From: a virus
Lineage: Duplodnaviria > Caudoviricetes
Reading direction: 5' to 3' (one strand)
Length of the DNA stretch: 64,000 nucleotides
IMG/VR virus record: IMGVR_UViG_3300032212_000003
Coordinates: 11,633 to 75,632 of that record
In this document: piece after piece, positions 38,905-48,713 of the stretch
Layout: each line of letters opens with the position of its first letter
Position numbering within the stretch: position 1 is the stretch's first letter
Notes under the pieces: model-generated
What the model saw: the letters and a program-made list of their open reading frames with translations, nothing else
The model's database searches: none
What the model was told of the DNA's origin: nothing
Made by a program: the position numbers and the translations under genes

Positions 38905-41714
38905 ACAATTTCAGCTTCGGAATGGAAATGACCTGTTTCCAATCCCTTCTCTGCCATGGCTTCCATATCTAGAACCTCCATGTTTCTAATACTTGATACT
39001 ACAGTTAGTTTTTTAGATTCTATAAAGTAGCCTTCTTGTTTTAGTAGTGTAGCAAATTGTGCATGATTGGATATAACCACCCTTTCTGAAAATGATCTTG
39101 CGTATCTTCTATACATGGCATGTGCCATTAAGGTGTCAACGTACAACTTACCTTCAGAAAGTATGTATTGTTTTCCACTTACTAAATAGTTTCTTCCACT
39201 GCTTCCATCTTCCATTCCTGCCATAATATTAAACGCTTCCATAACCGCATCAACTTCAGTCTTTCCTTTGTCTCTACTAATATGTTGCTCATGTCCGGAT
39301 AGGTGAGTCAATACAGCTTTTTTCAAATCTTCTATCTCGGTAGTTAAATCCAGTTTAAGTCCTTCCATAACTTCCTGAAAAAAGTCCAGACCAGTTAAAA
39401 CAACTCGGTAAGAGTAATTAGATCTGGCTTCTATCTTTTTAGGGATAACTTCCCTGTAGTCCTTCATTTTCTTACTGGACCAACTTGGTAATTTGTCCAA
39501 ACTAGCCCAAACCATTGCACGAGAAGCCCTCCATAACTGCTTCCTATTTTCCAGAGTTATATAGAAATAATCATCGCATCCTTCTCTAGATTTAGTTGAC
39601 ATACTTACCTGCACCATCCTTTGTTTAAGTGCCGGCATCTCTGGAGATTGCTCAGACATAACTGCCAGAGGGCCAGAGATTTTATAATCAATTACAGCGG
39701 CTCCTGACCTTCCTTTACCATCAGCCTTGGCTGCACTGGTAACCGACCCTCTGGAAAATGTTTGATTGTTCCAGGCGGCCTTCATTACTTCAGCAAAGTA
39801 GTTATAACTGGCCTCTTTTATTTTAGATTTATTAAACTCATCCAATAGTCTTGGAATGGTAGTAGAGGACGCTGCAAAGTTTGCCACCGCCCAAGGTGTT
39901 GCACCTCCCAAAGATAGTGGAGAATCCTCCATTATATAATCACAACCTGAAAGGCATGCAAACAAACAAGCTGTTGTAGTCTTTCCAGATTCTGCATTTC
40001 CCCAAAGATTTAATATAGGGAATTGATTCTCTACACTTTGAAGGTGGACCTTTAGATGACATGCTGCATACCAACCCAGTATCTGCCCAACTATGTGTGG
40101 CTGATTTACTTTAAGCAGCGCTTTTATAGTTTCTCTAAATTCTGGATTATCGGTGTCCGGAAATTCCTGAGACGAAATTCTAGGAGGTGCAGGTATTCTT
40201 CCATCCACATAATGAGTATCTCTTTCTTTTTGAGCTGTAACTGAAAAGCCTGGCTCAACATAAACCAAGGTTGATAACTTTCCTACTGGATGTCTATGAA
40301 TACCGGCAGAGAAGACTTGTTGGATTTCTCCCATGTCAAACTCCTTTGTAAATAAATAATGTTTAAGTCTCTGAACTTCCTGATCTCCACCAAGAAACGC
40401 TAAATTGTGTATACCTCTAAGTTCTTTAATGAGTCCGCTTTTAGAGTCCCAAGCCCCTTCGTCTATCCTCACAGATACTATATCAATTCCGTTTACCACA
40501 ACGCAGGCTTCTATTCCTACCCTGCGTGTAAGTTCTGTATCTTGTGCCTTGGTCGTGAAATAGTTTTCAGGTTTTAAAGTGTAGGTAGTTATCCTACGTG
40601 CTCCATCAGCTGTCTTAATATAATACCCATCAGATCTTTCAGTAATCCCGGCCAAGTTATCTTCGGCAACATCTTGTATAAGAGATCCATCTTCACTTTG
40701 GCATATGGGGCAGCTTCCACAAGGTTCTATTACAGAAAACAAAGCCCCTCTTGAAAACTTCATACTTTTGGAGGATGCGGCGTATCGTATCATTCCTACT
40801 AAATGGTCTGAACGACTCTTCTCAGACTTGTAAGTACCCGAGGTTACATTTTTGGCCATAGAGTCAACAAACGGCTGCCAAAAATTCCTGTGCATCTTTG
40901 ACCTGGCTACAAATATACCAAACTGCATAGCCGCTTGATTGAAATTTGAGGTGCCTTCACTATCTCCTTCTTCTACTAATTTTTGAATGCATCCGGGCAG
41001 AGTCTCTGAGAACTGAGCCAATACTTCATCAGCTATTTCTGATTCTATGTTTTGTTTTTTCTGTTTCTGTTTGAATATAGTTCTTTTCTTACACAGCTCA
41101 AAAAGAACAGAAAGTTTAGGAGCTTGTTTACAAGGTGTTAGCTGTTCTATATTTCTTGAGTTTAATATAATGTCTGCATAACTTTGTACAGTTAGGTTTT
41201 CTACTTCTTCAGGAAGAAGTCCAACTTTGTACATACCATTGTCAGACCTTCTTACGTTCTCTTGTCTCCAAAGTCTTCCTTTCTTTCCAGAGTAAACAAC
41301 CATATCTATTCCATCTACAAACAATTCAAGTGCCATTTCTTTGTAGATGTAAGGAAGGTACCTTGTTGGTCTTCCCGAACTGAAAACTTTCTCAGGTATA
41401 ATTATATGGAATCCTTTTTTACCTGAGGCCCAAACTAAAATATCCTGCCTATCAACTCCCTGATATTTAAGCTTTCCTAATAATTCGTAAAGGGCTTCTA
41501 TGCTTTTATTTATTTCACCGTCAAAGTCTATATCGAAATACAGGCCTCCTTTGTAGGTTATTTTGTCCTGATCACTTTCTTCTGTAAATTCATCAGATAT
41601 CCCCAATATGCTAACCATTGCACATTCTTTTTCTATCAGAGTTTTTAAAGCCTCTGGGGAATCTATTGTCATCTCCCAAGGAGATTTTTCTGTAATGCTG
41701 TAATACCTAAACAT
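38901..41714 (-). CDS. Primase-polymerase/helicase fusion
   Basis: AEP motifs YFDIDF and SGKKGFH; CGSCPIC; P-loop GNAESGKTT; LLDEFN. Confidence 0.85.
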   Translation of the reverse strand: MFRYYSITEKSPWEMTIDSPEALKTLIEKECAMVSILGISDEFTEESDQDKITYKGGLYFDIDFDGEINKSIEALYELLGKLKYQGVDRQDILVWASGKKGFHIIIPEKVFSSGRPTRYLPYIYKEMALELFVDGIDMVVYSGKKGRLWRQENVRRSDNGMYKVGLLPEEVENLTVQSYADIILNSRNIEQLTPCKQAPKLSVLFELCKKRTIFKQKQKKQNIESEIADEVLAQFSETLPGCIQKLVEEGDSEGTSNFNQAAMQFGIFVARSKMHRNFWQPFVDSMAKNVTSGTYKSEKSRSDHLVGMIRYAASSKSMKFSRGALFSVIEPCGSCPICQSEDGSLIQDVAEDNLAGITERSDGYYIKTADGARRITTYTLKPENYFTTKAQDTELTRRVGIEACVVVNGIDIVSVRIDEGAWDSKSGLIKELRGIHNLAFLGGDQEVQRLKHYLFTKEFDMGEIQQVFSAGIHRHPVGKLSTLVYVEPGFSVTAQKERDTHYVDGRIPAPPRISSQEFPDTDNPEFRETIKALLKVNQPHIVGQILGWYAACHLKVHLQSVENQFPILNLWGNAESGKTTTACLFACLSGCDYIMEDSPLSLGGATPWAVANFAASSTTIPRLLDEFNKSKIKEASYNYFAEVMKAAWNNQTFSRGSVTSAAKADGKGRSGAAVIDYKISGPLAVMSEQSPEMPALKQRMVQVSMSTKSREGCDDYFYITLENRKQLWRASRAMVWASLDKLPSWSSKKMKDYREVIPKKIEARSNYSYRVVLTGLDFFQEVMEGLKLDLTTEIEDLKKAVLTHLSGHEQHISRDKGKTEVDAVMEAFNIMAGMEDGSSGRNYLVSGKQYILSEGKLYVDTLMAHAMYRRYARSFSERVVISNHAQFATLLKQEGYFIESKKLTVVSSIRNMEVLDMEAMAEKGLETGHFHSEAEIV

Positions 41715-41725
41715 TTACATGTCTC

Positions 41726-42112
41726 CTAACGAAACAAATTTTGGGCACCTGTCCCATACTTTTTCTTTAGCATACTTAAAGGATAAACTCTAAGATGCTC
41801 TGGAATTATTATTATAAACTCTGGAGATAAAGTAGGATTTTGTTTGTGTAGAGTTACCGGTATAGATAGTACTACCGAAATTTTACCTTCAGAATTACAT
41901 AAATTCTCAAGTTCAACTTCTCCTATACTTCCCTCCACCATTCGACCTTCTGGAGTATTTATAGTCCACCTTACGTTTCCATTCTTAAATTCAAATTCAC
42001 TCAATGAAAATATAAATAACGGCTCGACTAATCCTTTGTTCTTATTGGGGTCCTTTATAACTACCATAGGAGCCTCATAAGGCAAAGTCATCTTGACTTT
42101 ACGATCAATCAT
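41726..42112 (-). CDS. Hypothetical protein
   Basis: RBS GGAG. Confidence 0.65.
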   Translation of the reverse strand: MIDRKVKMTLPYEAPMVVIKDPNKNKGLVEPLFIFSLSEFEFKNGNVRWTINTPEGRMVEGSIGEVELENLCNSEGKISVVLSIPVTLHKQNPTLSPEFIIIIPEHLRVYPLSMLKKKYGTGAQNLFR

Positions 42113-42123
42113 AAACGCTCCAA

Positions 42124-42432
42124 TTATTGGCTGTTACAGGGGGTGTCAGTAAGTTTCTTTAGTACTACTTTATAAATACCTTTGGCGGGAGATTTTGCTT
42201 GAGTAGATTTGCAATTATAGTCTTGCTCTTTTTCAAGTCCTCTCCTTTTCATCATCTTTGTAAAATTACTTATTACAGACCCTCTGTATTCAAATACTAA
42301 AATGTCGCCTATAGGTGCTTCATTGTAATGTTCAGCAAATTCCTCATAGTCAAACCCTTTTTCAGGGGCGTCCATAAAATCTTGAAGTGTTTCGTAATCT
42401 TTGTTATCTGGACTTATTGTTTCTATTGCCAT
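42124..42432 (-). CDS. Hypothetical protein
   Basis: RBS AGGAG. Confidence 0.7.
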   Translation of the reverse strand: MAIETISPDNKDYETLQDFMDAPEKGFDYEEFAEHYNEAPIGDILVFEYRGSVISNFTKMMKRRGLEKEQDYNCKSTQAKSPAKGIYKVVLKKLTDTPCNSQ

Positions 42433-42457
42433 CAGTAATTCTCCTAAAATTGTTTAA

Positions 42458-43144
42458 TTATATAAAGCTTTCATAGATATCTTCATCAGCTATCATGGCT
42501 TCTTGCAGTGTTAAAATTTCCTGTGGCTCGCATCCCATAATTTCTGATGCTTCCTCAATGGATATCAAGTTGTCTTCGTATATAAACAACTTCTCTCCTC
42601 GCTTGCCTTTCATTTTATCTTTAATTCCTATGTCCACATTTCCAGGTTCGAACGGGTATTTAGCCATAAGTCTATAAGGCATCCAGTATCCGTTATCTTT
42701 TGTAGCTCCTAATTCCATGACATAAAAATAAAAGTTCTCATAAGCAGAGCCAAGGTCAAGGTCCGATCCAGATCCTCCCCATTCCTCACATACTCTATTT
42801 GAGTGGTAGACTATCATTCTTCTGAACTGGTCTTTTAAACATTCATCCATGTCAGTAAATACTAAATCTTCTTCTTTAGCTATTTCACACATGGGGCCGA
42901 GGCATCCTTTTCCTTTTTCGGCCCTATCTTTAACTTCCGCATATGTAAGTTCTACAGTTCCTCCGCATTCACATTCACAATCATAGGTCACAAAACTGTC
43001 TACGTCAGAAAATTTAAGATCTTTTACAGTTAATTTTCCTATCAGAGTACCGATACTAAGAGATACATTAGACTGCCTACCTTCCTTTCTGGCCTTCCTT
43101 GATTTATGTAGATTAACTATAAATTCTGTTAGTTCACAGTTCAC
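42458..43144 (-). CDS. Degenerate HNH-endonuclease-derived protein with a C-terminal HTH-like segment
   Basis: GKLTV...CECECG...CLG..C; VCEEW...YENF...EPGNV; the usual DRID/N catalytic residues are absent. Confidence 0.55.
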   Translation of the reverse strand: MNCELTEFIVNLHKSRKARKEGRQSNVSLSIGTLIGKLTVKDLKFSDVDSFVTYDCECECGGTVELTYAEVKDRAEKGKGCLGPMCEIAKEEDLVFTDMDECLKDQFRRMIVYHSNRVCEEWGGSGSDLDLGSAYENFYFYVMELGATKDNGYWMPYRLMAKYPFEPGNVDIGIKDKMKGKRGEKLFIYEDNLISIEEASEIMGCEPQEILTLQEAMIADEDIYESFI

Positions 43145-43383
43145 TTTATACCTCTTACTTTTTTTATGTCAGCTGCACGAATTTCTGTAAGCAGTTGATT
43201 ATCTATGACCTCTCTGGTATATCCTTTGCCGCAGCTTATAAGTTCATTTATAGCGCAAACTATATTAAAGTCCACTACTACAAACCTGTAGTACTCTTTG
43301 GCTACAGCCAATTCTTGGATGGTTACCAAGTTGTTGGTCTGGTGTTGAGTATTGCTATTTGTCGTAACTACGGTCAATGCCAT
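43141..43383 (-). CDS. Hypothetical protein
   Basis: Strong RBS AGGAGGT. Confidence 0.7.
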   Translation of the reverse strand: MALTVVTTNSNTQHQTNNLVTIQELAVAKEYYRFVVVDFNIVCAINELISCGKGYTREVIDNQLLTEIRAADIKKVRGIK

Positions 43384-43398
43384 TCACTACCTCCTATT

Positions 43399-43427
43399 AA
43401 AATATAGCTATTATTTAGATCTGTCAA
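43399..43427 (-). promoter_or_regulatory. Putative sigma70 promoter for the replication operon
   Basis: TTGACA-17 nt-TATTTT directly upstream of the RBS of 43383. Confidence 0.5.
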
Positions 43428-43432
43428 TAAAA

Positions 43433-43801
43433 TTACCCTAATCCCTTTGGTATTATACTTCCCTCAGCCCTACGTTTTATGGATTCCTTGTCTCTTACAA
43501 ATTTAGATAGGGCTAAAGTATTTTCACTAAGATACTCCAGAAGCTTTCCTATAGCCTCAGCCATTTCTGGCTCCGTGTCCTCTAATGCTACCTGATAAGT
43601 CAACATTATATTCCAATTCTTATCGTAGTCATGAGCCAATGACAGCCTAGATATGGCATCCAAAAGTGTCATATCTACGCCCATCGACTCACTATAAAAT
43701 TTTGAAATAAGTTCAGTCTTCTTAAGCAGGTTCTTATATTTCTCTTTTACGTGGCTGGGACTCTCTATCATTTTCGGCCTCCAAATCTTTAGCGTACTCA
43801 C
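43433..43801 (-). CDS. Hypothetical protein
   Basis: 122-aa ORF. Confidence 0.6.
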   Translation of the reverse strand: MSTLKIWRPKMIESPSHVKEKYKNLLKKTELISKFYSESMGVDMTLLDAISRLSLAHDYDKNWNIMLTYQVALEDTEPEMAEAIGKLLEYLSENTLALSKFVRDKESIKRRAEGSIIPKGLG

Positions 43802-43946
43802 AGTGGAAATTTTCAGCTACATCAGCAGGTAATTTTAAGATCTTCACCAGATCATTATGGGACATTCCTTTGTCCCGGTTGTGTGCATATGATACGTAGG
43901 TCAGCGTGTTTATTAAATTGCTGCCATCGGTACTGCCTTTTAACAT
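43734..43946 (-). CDS. Hypothetical protein
   Basis: RBS GAGGAGG; overlaps both neighbours. Confidence 0.5.
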   Translation of the reverse strand: MLKGSTDGSNLINTLTYVSYAHNRDKGMSHNDLVKILKLPADVAENFHCEYAKDLEAENDRESQPRKREI

Positions 43947-45352
43947 ACTACCTCCTCACCATTGACAACCTGGCTGATAATTTCAGCTATTAAATTTCCC
44001 ATTCCCCGGGCACTATTCCATAATCCCGACTGGCCCAGTATCTGATGAGCTGTAGTGGCGCTGACGCCTTTAACGAAGCACTCAGGTACATCCTTGGCTC
44101 GGCAATGTTCTATCGGTGTCAGCAGGCGCTCCTTATCGTCCTGATGGCGTGTTACGAACGGCTCAGTGCTCCTGCGCTTATTGTAATGTCTGCCAATGGT
44201 ACCGCAACGTTGCGAGTCTTCGGTCAGTAATTGACGATTGGCAAACCCCTTCCCCGCGGCTTTATCGGTTATGGCCTTGTCTTTCAGGTACTGGTTGTCA
44301 GCCCACATTTTATCATCATCACTGATGGGCTCAAGTAACTGCCCCAGTGTGTGATAGGTTTTATCATAGTCCTTTATGGAAAAATTTGAAGCCTGAGCAA
44401 TATTGTCTATGCCTTTAGACACGGCCAAAAACCAGTATCGTTTTCGGCTTTCGAAGGACCCCGCCTGAACACTATCCAGAATGTACTCATAAATGACATA
44501 TCCGATACGTTGAAGCTCGGCCTTGATCAACGCATAGGTAGCACTGCTTTGGGCCTCTGGTACGTTCTCACTGCTGATTATGGAAGGATTTGAGGCCTTG
44601 ATGGATGCCATCACTCCAAACACAGAGGTGGCGTCCGTGGGGTGATCCTCGGCTCGACTTATTTTATTTTTGGATTTACCGGCAACGCCCTGTCCGGTGC
44701 ACGGTAAACTGAATTGAAACACATCCACCGGGGACAGAAGTTCAGGTTCCAACTCTTCCAGACTGGCTTCAAAGATGACGGTATCACCGGTGATGGCGGG
44801 ATTGTTGTCCAAAGCAACCTGGAGGTAATTTCCTTCCCGGTCAATGATCCACTCAACGGAGGACTCAACGCCGCCCTCATGCATGCCCTGTTTCATGGCT
44901 GCGGCAAATACAGCAGCACCTGAGCAGGCCGAACCCTCGGTTACTGACCCAGTTTTAGCATTCTTTTTTAGCCGGTCTTCCCGGTCGTTTAGTTTTACAT
45001 CTTCGTGATGTACTTCAATCAGGATGGTAGATGGCTGATGGCCAATTGATTTACTGAAAGTAGCCTTGACCCGAGTAGCTCCTTTAAATAATTTAGTAAC
45101 TGTATCATTGCTAAAATCCAAAATAGGAATTTCTTTTTCTCCTCGTTTTCTACCGGCTACCTTACGATCTCCTTTTTCATCTAAGGTGAGTACTATCATT
45201 TTGGTTTGGTAATTTACCAAAGTTCTGTACGATGCATAACGGACAAATCCAATGTCAGCTAATTTTTTACCCTCTAGCCAAATTCTTTTATGTCCACGGT
45301 GGTCTCCCAGTTTTGAATAGGTAACCTGTGCTACTTCTTTTTCTTCTTTCAT
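43940..45352 (-). CDS. DNA (cytosine-5)-methyltransferase with an N-terminal AbrB/SymE-like domain
   Basis: Motif I-like SACSGAAV, catalytic SLPCTG, motif VI SENV, RKRYW, ERLLTPIEH. Confidence 0.88.
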   Translation of the reverse strand: MKEEKEVAQVTYSKLGDHRGHKRIWLEGKKLADIGFVRYASYRTLVNYQTKMIVLTLDEKGDRKVAGRKRGEKEIPILDFSNDTVTKLFKGATRVKATFSKSIGHQPSTILIEVHHEDVKLNDREDRLKKNAKTGSVTEGSACSGAAVFAAAMKQGMHEGGVESSVEWIIDREGNYLQVALDNNPAITGDTVIFEASLEELEPELLSPVDVFQFSLPCTGQGVAGKSKNKISRAEDHPTDATSVFGVMASIKASNPSIISSENVPEAQSSATYALIKAELQRIGYVIYEYILDSVQAGSFESRKRYWFLAVSKGIDNIAQASNFSIKDYDKTYHTLGQLLEPISDDDKMWADNQYLKDKAITDKAAGKGFANRQLLTEDSQRCGTIGRHYNKRRSTEPFVTRHQDDKERLLTPIEHCRAKDVPECFVKGVSATTAHQILGQSGLWNSARGMGNLIAEIISQVVNGEEVVC

Positions 45353-45393
45353 GAAATTCTCCTAAAGTGTTTCGGACAAGTCCGAAAGTATTT

Positions 45394-45675
45394 TTAAGTT
45401 CTGTCTAAATAGTTTTCTCTTTTGTACTCGTACTCTTGCTGACTAAGTATCTCAGCTTTTTCTTTTTCAGAGTGGAATCCAAATAACTTGTAGTGAGTCG
45501 GCCCTATGGATCTAACAGGTTTTAAAGCTTTCAGTAATTCAAAGTAGTCCTCTCTTTTAACTCTTAAAACTGACAATGCTGTAAGCTCGTCCCCCGATCT
45601 GAAATAGGTATGCATGACAACTTCCTTGTTGTCACTGTCTGCTATTACAGAGTCAACTTGGAGTCCTGATAACAT
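45394..45675 (-). CDS. Hypothetical protein
   Basis: ORF overlapping the end of the dNMP kinase gene. Confidence 0.6.
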   Translation of the reverse strand: MLSGLQVDSVIADSDNKEVVMHTYFRSGDELTALSVLRVKREDYFELLKALKPVRSIGPTHYKLFGFHSEKEKAEILSQQEYEYKRENYLDRT

Positions 45676-46226
45676 AAGTCACCTGCCTTTCTTAAAGTTA
45701 TGTCTTCTACCTTATCGTACAAGTCTGTAAGGCTGCCGTCATTTATTATGGTGTCAGATATAAATTCTTTACTTACACCGGACTCACTTACATGATATGA
45801 CTTGCTTATTTTTTCATGTCCTGGCCTAATTATTTTTATAATTGTACCACCTGCCATAAGTATCATCTTAGCTTCGTTATCGAATCTAACATCAGTAAAC
45901 ACTACGCTCTTATTGGCAAGTCTTATACAGTTTCTAGCTCTTTTCTTAGCCAGCTTGGTCCAAATTTCACTATCTACTACATCTCGGCCCCATTCAGTTC
46001 CTAGAGTTTGAAGAAGTTCTCTGTAGGTTAGCTCCAAATCAGGTGGACAGGTGCCTTTTCTTTTGCCTTCCTCTATCACCGATACAGGGACGTTCAACAT
46101 TGCAGATAGTCCTTCGTATATAGGCTTAGCAAACTTTTCTATTTTGAATCTATATTTATGAAATAGTATAGTTGCCGCTTCGTCTTTACCACAGCCGGCA
46201 TCGCCGGTGAATCCAATTAGTTTCAT
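45645..46226 (-). CDS. Deoxynucleoside monophosphate kinase (T4 gp1-like)
   Basis: GFTGDAGCGKD, RELLQTLGTEWGR, TDVRFDNE, HVSE. Confidence 0.93.
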   Translation of the reverse strand: MKLIGFTGDAGCGKDEAATILFHKYRFKIEKFAKPIYEGLSAMLNVPVSVIEEGKRKGTCPPDLELTYRELLQTLGTEWGRDVVDSEIWTKLAKKRARNCIRLANKSVVFTDVRFDNEAKMILMAGGTIIKIIRPGHEKISKSYHVSESGVSKEFISDTIINDGSLTDLYDKVEDITLRKAGDLCYQDSKLTL

Positions 46227-46294
46227 CTTAGCTTTCCTGTTAATTTAAATTATAAGTTGTCTTTAAGTCTTTTGTACTAGTTTACTGTATCTTC

Positions 46295-46558
46295 TTATTT
46301 CTCCAGTAGGTTTGGAAACTGGTCTAACAAATTTGGAAACTTGTTAATTAAGGTTTCAGTATGTACAGAACGGTAAGTCCAGCTGTCATGATCTGGATGC
46401 ATACTTTTAGTCCTTAGTTGTATAAAGTGATGATTAAACTTTCCGGTCTTTGTTGCGCTACATCCGTAGTATATGTAATCGTCTTTGCTTCTATCGGTTA
46501 CTATTGTGCCGATAGGGCATAGGTCTTCAGTACTTGTATAGTCGGCTACTTCAGTCAT
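46295..46558 (-). CDS. Hypothetical protein
   Basis: Coupled to the upstream gene. Confidence 0.65.
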   Translation of the reverse strand: MTEVADYTSTEDLCPIGTIVTDRSKDDYIYYGCSATKTGKFNHHFIQLRTKSMHPDHDSWTYRSVHTETLINKFPNLLDQFPNLLEK

Positions 46559-47262
46559 AATAATGCCTCCTGAGTTGACTTATTAAATTCTTCAATTTTC
46601 CACTTAGTTCCGTGTACAGTTGTTGCCACATCTCTTTTTGTCCCATCGCACATCTTACATAACTTGCATGTTATATCTTCGTTCTTCTCTGCGGCGCAAA
46701 CCATTTCCCCGGCTTCAAGTCCTGATCCAGATTGGCGGATTCTAAATGTTTTCCACCCTCTTGCTTTGGCAACTTTAGCATGCGCTACTGACTCAACTGA
46801 GGCCATGCAATAGTTCTTAAGTTCTTCATTGCAATAATTCCAAGCGTGAGTATATCCGGTATGGTTACGGGCACCTTTAGATAGATCCTTCCAAACTTGA
46901 ACCGGTACAGCTGCCGGGTCACCGTAACTTCCAAAGCGTACAGCTTTACCTTTGCAAAGTTCTGTTAAATCGTCAGGCACCTTCATATCCTTTCGCTTAT
47001 AGGCATGCCACACCGCCGTAGGTGCCTGATGTACCAAAACATAACAAGCGTTGCCACGCAGCTCGCAGTCTCCGCAAATGGATGTATCCTGGCCGCTCTT
47101 TAAAGCCTCGGTTGGGCTTATATCTTTTCGTAATATGTAGGTCTGAATGATGGGACCAGTTTTTCTGTTGGTGCTTGGTTTTTTAAATCCGGTAGCTAAA
47201 ACAATAATAGGCTCCCCATCTAGTATAGAGGGGCCGTCGTAAACTAAACACATGCTAGTCAT
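46555..47262 (-). CDS. Cys-rich conserved phage protein, possibly Fe-S binding
   Basis: NRKTGPIIQTYIL, ICGDC..R..CY, VRFGSYGDP, GYTHAW, C-terminal C..TCKLCKMC. Confidence 0.7.
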   Translation of the reverse strand: MTSMCLVYDGPSILDGEPIIVLATGFKKPSTNRKTGPIIQTYILRKDISPTEALKSGQDTSICGDCELRGNACYVLVHQAPTAVWHAYKRKDMKVPDDLTELCKGKAVRFGSYGDPAAVPVQVWKDLSKGARNHTGYTHAWNYCNEELKNYCMASVESVAHAKVAKARGWKTFRIRQSGSGLEAGEMVCAAEKNEDITCKLCKMCDGTKRDVATTVHGTKWKIEEFNKSTQEALL

Positions 47263-47300
47263 TGGTAAATTCTCCTGAAATATTCGGACAAGTCCGAAAG

Positions 47301-47561
47301 TTATTTTGCCTTTAATTTAAACTGGTGATGACGAGTGTTGTAAGTATATTCTATTTTTGATTTGTCAGAAAATACTCCGGTAAATTTTACACACTTACCT
47401 GCCTTATTGTAATTACTCTTCACTTCTTCTGGATTTTCTCCTAAGAGTTCTTTGAATCTTATAGTATTTCCTGAGGCCTCTGTACCATACCCATCTTTCA
47501 TTGATAGGTGTACAAATTTTCTTTCCAGTATTGCTTTTCTTAATTGTTGGGCTTTAGTCAT
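47301..47561 (-). CDS. Hypothetical protein
   Basis: RBS GGAGA. Confidence 0.7.
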   Translation of the reverse strand: MTKAQQLRKAILERKFVHLSMKDGYGTEASGNTIRFKELLGENPEEVKSNYNKAGKCVKFTGVFSDKSKIEYTYNTRHHQFKLKAK

Positions 47562-47579
47562 GATATTTTCTCCAGTTGT

Positions 47580-47846
47580 TTAAATACAATTACGTTCACG
47601 AAGTTCTTCTTCTTCATACTCTCCGGTGTAATAGTTACACCACTTACATCCTTTCCTGTGCGGGTGGTGTATTCCATCACAGTTGCAGGTTGTTCTTTTT
47701 ATATAATCTTTGCGTTCCTTATCTACACAATGAATTCCACTTCCACAGGCTTTGCATTTTGGCTCCTTTACATACTCCTCCTTTCTTTTACGTAAGGTTA
47801 CTCTCATTCTGCAATTATCGCTATTGCACCTGTATCTGTTGGGCAT
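47580..47846 (-). CDS. Small Cys/His-rich zinc-binding protein
   Basis: RC....CR, CKACG, CNCDG.HHPHRKGCKWC. Confidence 0.75.
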   Translation of the reverse strand: MPNRYRCNSDNCRMRVTLRKRKEEYVKEPKCKACGSGIHCVDKERKDYIKRTTCNCDGIHHPHRKGCKWCNYYTGEYEEEELRERNCI

Positions 47847-47856
47847 TCTGTATCCT

Positions 47857-48222
47857 TTACTTGCCTTGTTTTTTAAGGATGTGTTTTATTCTGTCACTTT
47901 TAAAATTTATTAGATCAAGTTTAGAAAAAGAATAGTACCATTCGTTATTATTGGCTACTTCATTATACAATAACTTATGATCTATCTTAATAACCCGAAG
48001 GTATCGTTTATCCATAATTTGCCTATCTAAATTGTAGTTATGGCATTCTAGTCCTTGTTTTTTAGTTTTCGTTACTTCTATCAAACAAAGATCCACAGAC
48101 ACCCTGGTTTTCTTAGCAGACTCTGTAAAGCTTTCTATAGAATATACTTGATCTACACTGAGAGAATCTGAAAAAACTTCAGACGTAATAAAATAAATAA
48201 CAATAAGTAATAAGTATTTCAT
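47857..48222 (-). CDS. Hypothetical protein with a signal peptide
   Basis: MKYLLLIVIYFITSEVFS N-terminus. Confidence 0.65.
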   Translation of the reverse strand: MKYLLLIVIYFITSEVFSDSLSVDQVYSIESFTESAKKTRVSVDLCLIEVTKTKKQGLECHNYNLDRQIMDKRYLRVIKIDHKLLYNEVANNNEWYYSFSKLDLINFKSDRIKHILKKQGK

Positions 48223-48263
48223 TTCATTTTCCTGTTGTTATAAATGTGTATTTCTACTTGTTT

Positions 48264-48713
48264 TCAGTCTATCAACTTACCTTCAAGATGGTCTATTTCA
48301 TGCTGTATAACTCTGGCCATAAAATTACGGTACGTTTTTGTTACTACAGACTTTCCATCCTCGGCTGTGTACTTTATTTTTATCTTATACCACCGTTTAA
48401 CCATAACATTATTATTTATAGTAGAGGGTACAGATAGACAGCCTTCTTTTCCTAATTTTTCCTTTCCTTTATGGTCTATTATTTCAGGATTTACCATAAT
48501 AGTAAAATGCTCATTATCCTCCAGCTTAACAGCTATTATCCTTACCGGGTATCCTATCTGATTAGCTGCCAGTCCTACACATCTGTCCTTTATCCAATGA
48601 GTTGTCTCTTTCAAGTCCTTTATAACCACTCTGTGATCTAGGTCCATAGGAAGGGGAACTGGTTCACATTTTTTGGACATTAGTTTTTTGTCTACTATTA
48701 TTTGTCTAATCAT
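48264..48713 (-). CDS. def: Peptide deformylase (short phage type)
   Basis: GLAANQIG, EGCLS, QHEIDHLEG; ends right after motif 3. Confidence 0.96.
   Translation of the reverse strand: MIRQIIVDKKLMSKKCEPVPLPMDLDHRVVIKDLKETTHWIKDRCVGLAANQIGYPVRIIAVKLEDNEHFTIMVNPEIIDHKGKEKLGKEGCLSVPSTINNNVMVKRWYKIKIKYTAEDGKSVVTKTYRNFMARVIQHEIDHLEGKLID

Noticed and set aside
48264-48713. Peptide deformylase as a novelty
   Set aside because: Short phage deformylases, like phage MazG, ThyA, Dcd and J-domain genes, are already well documented
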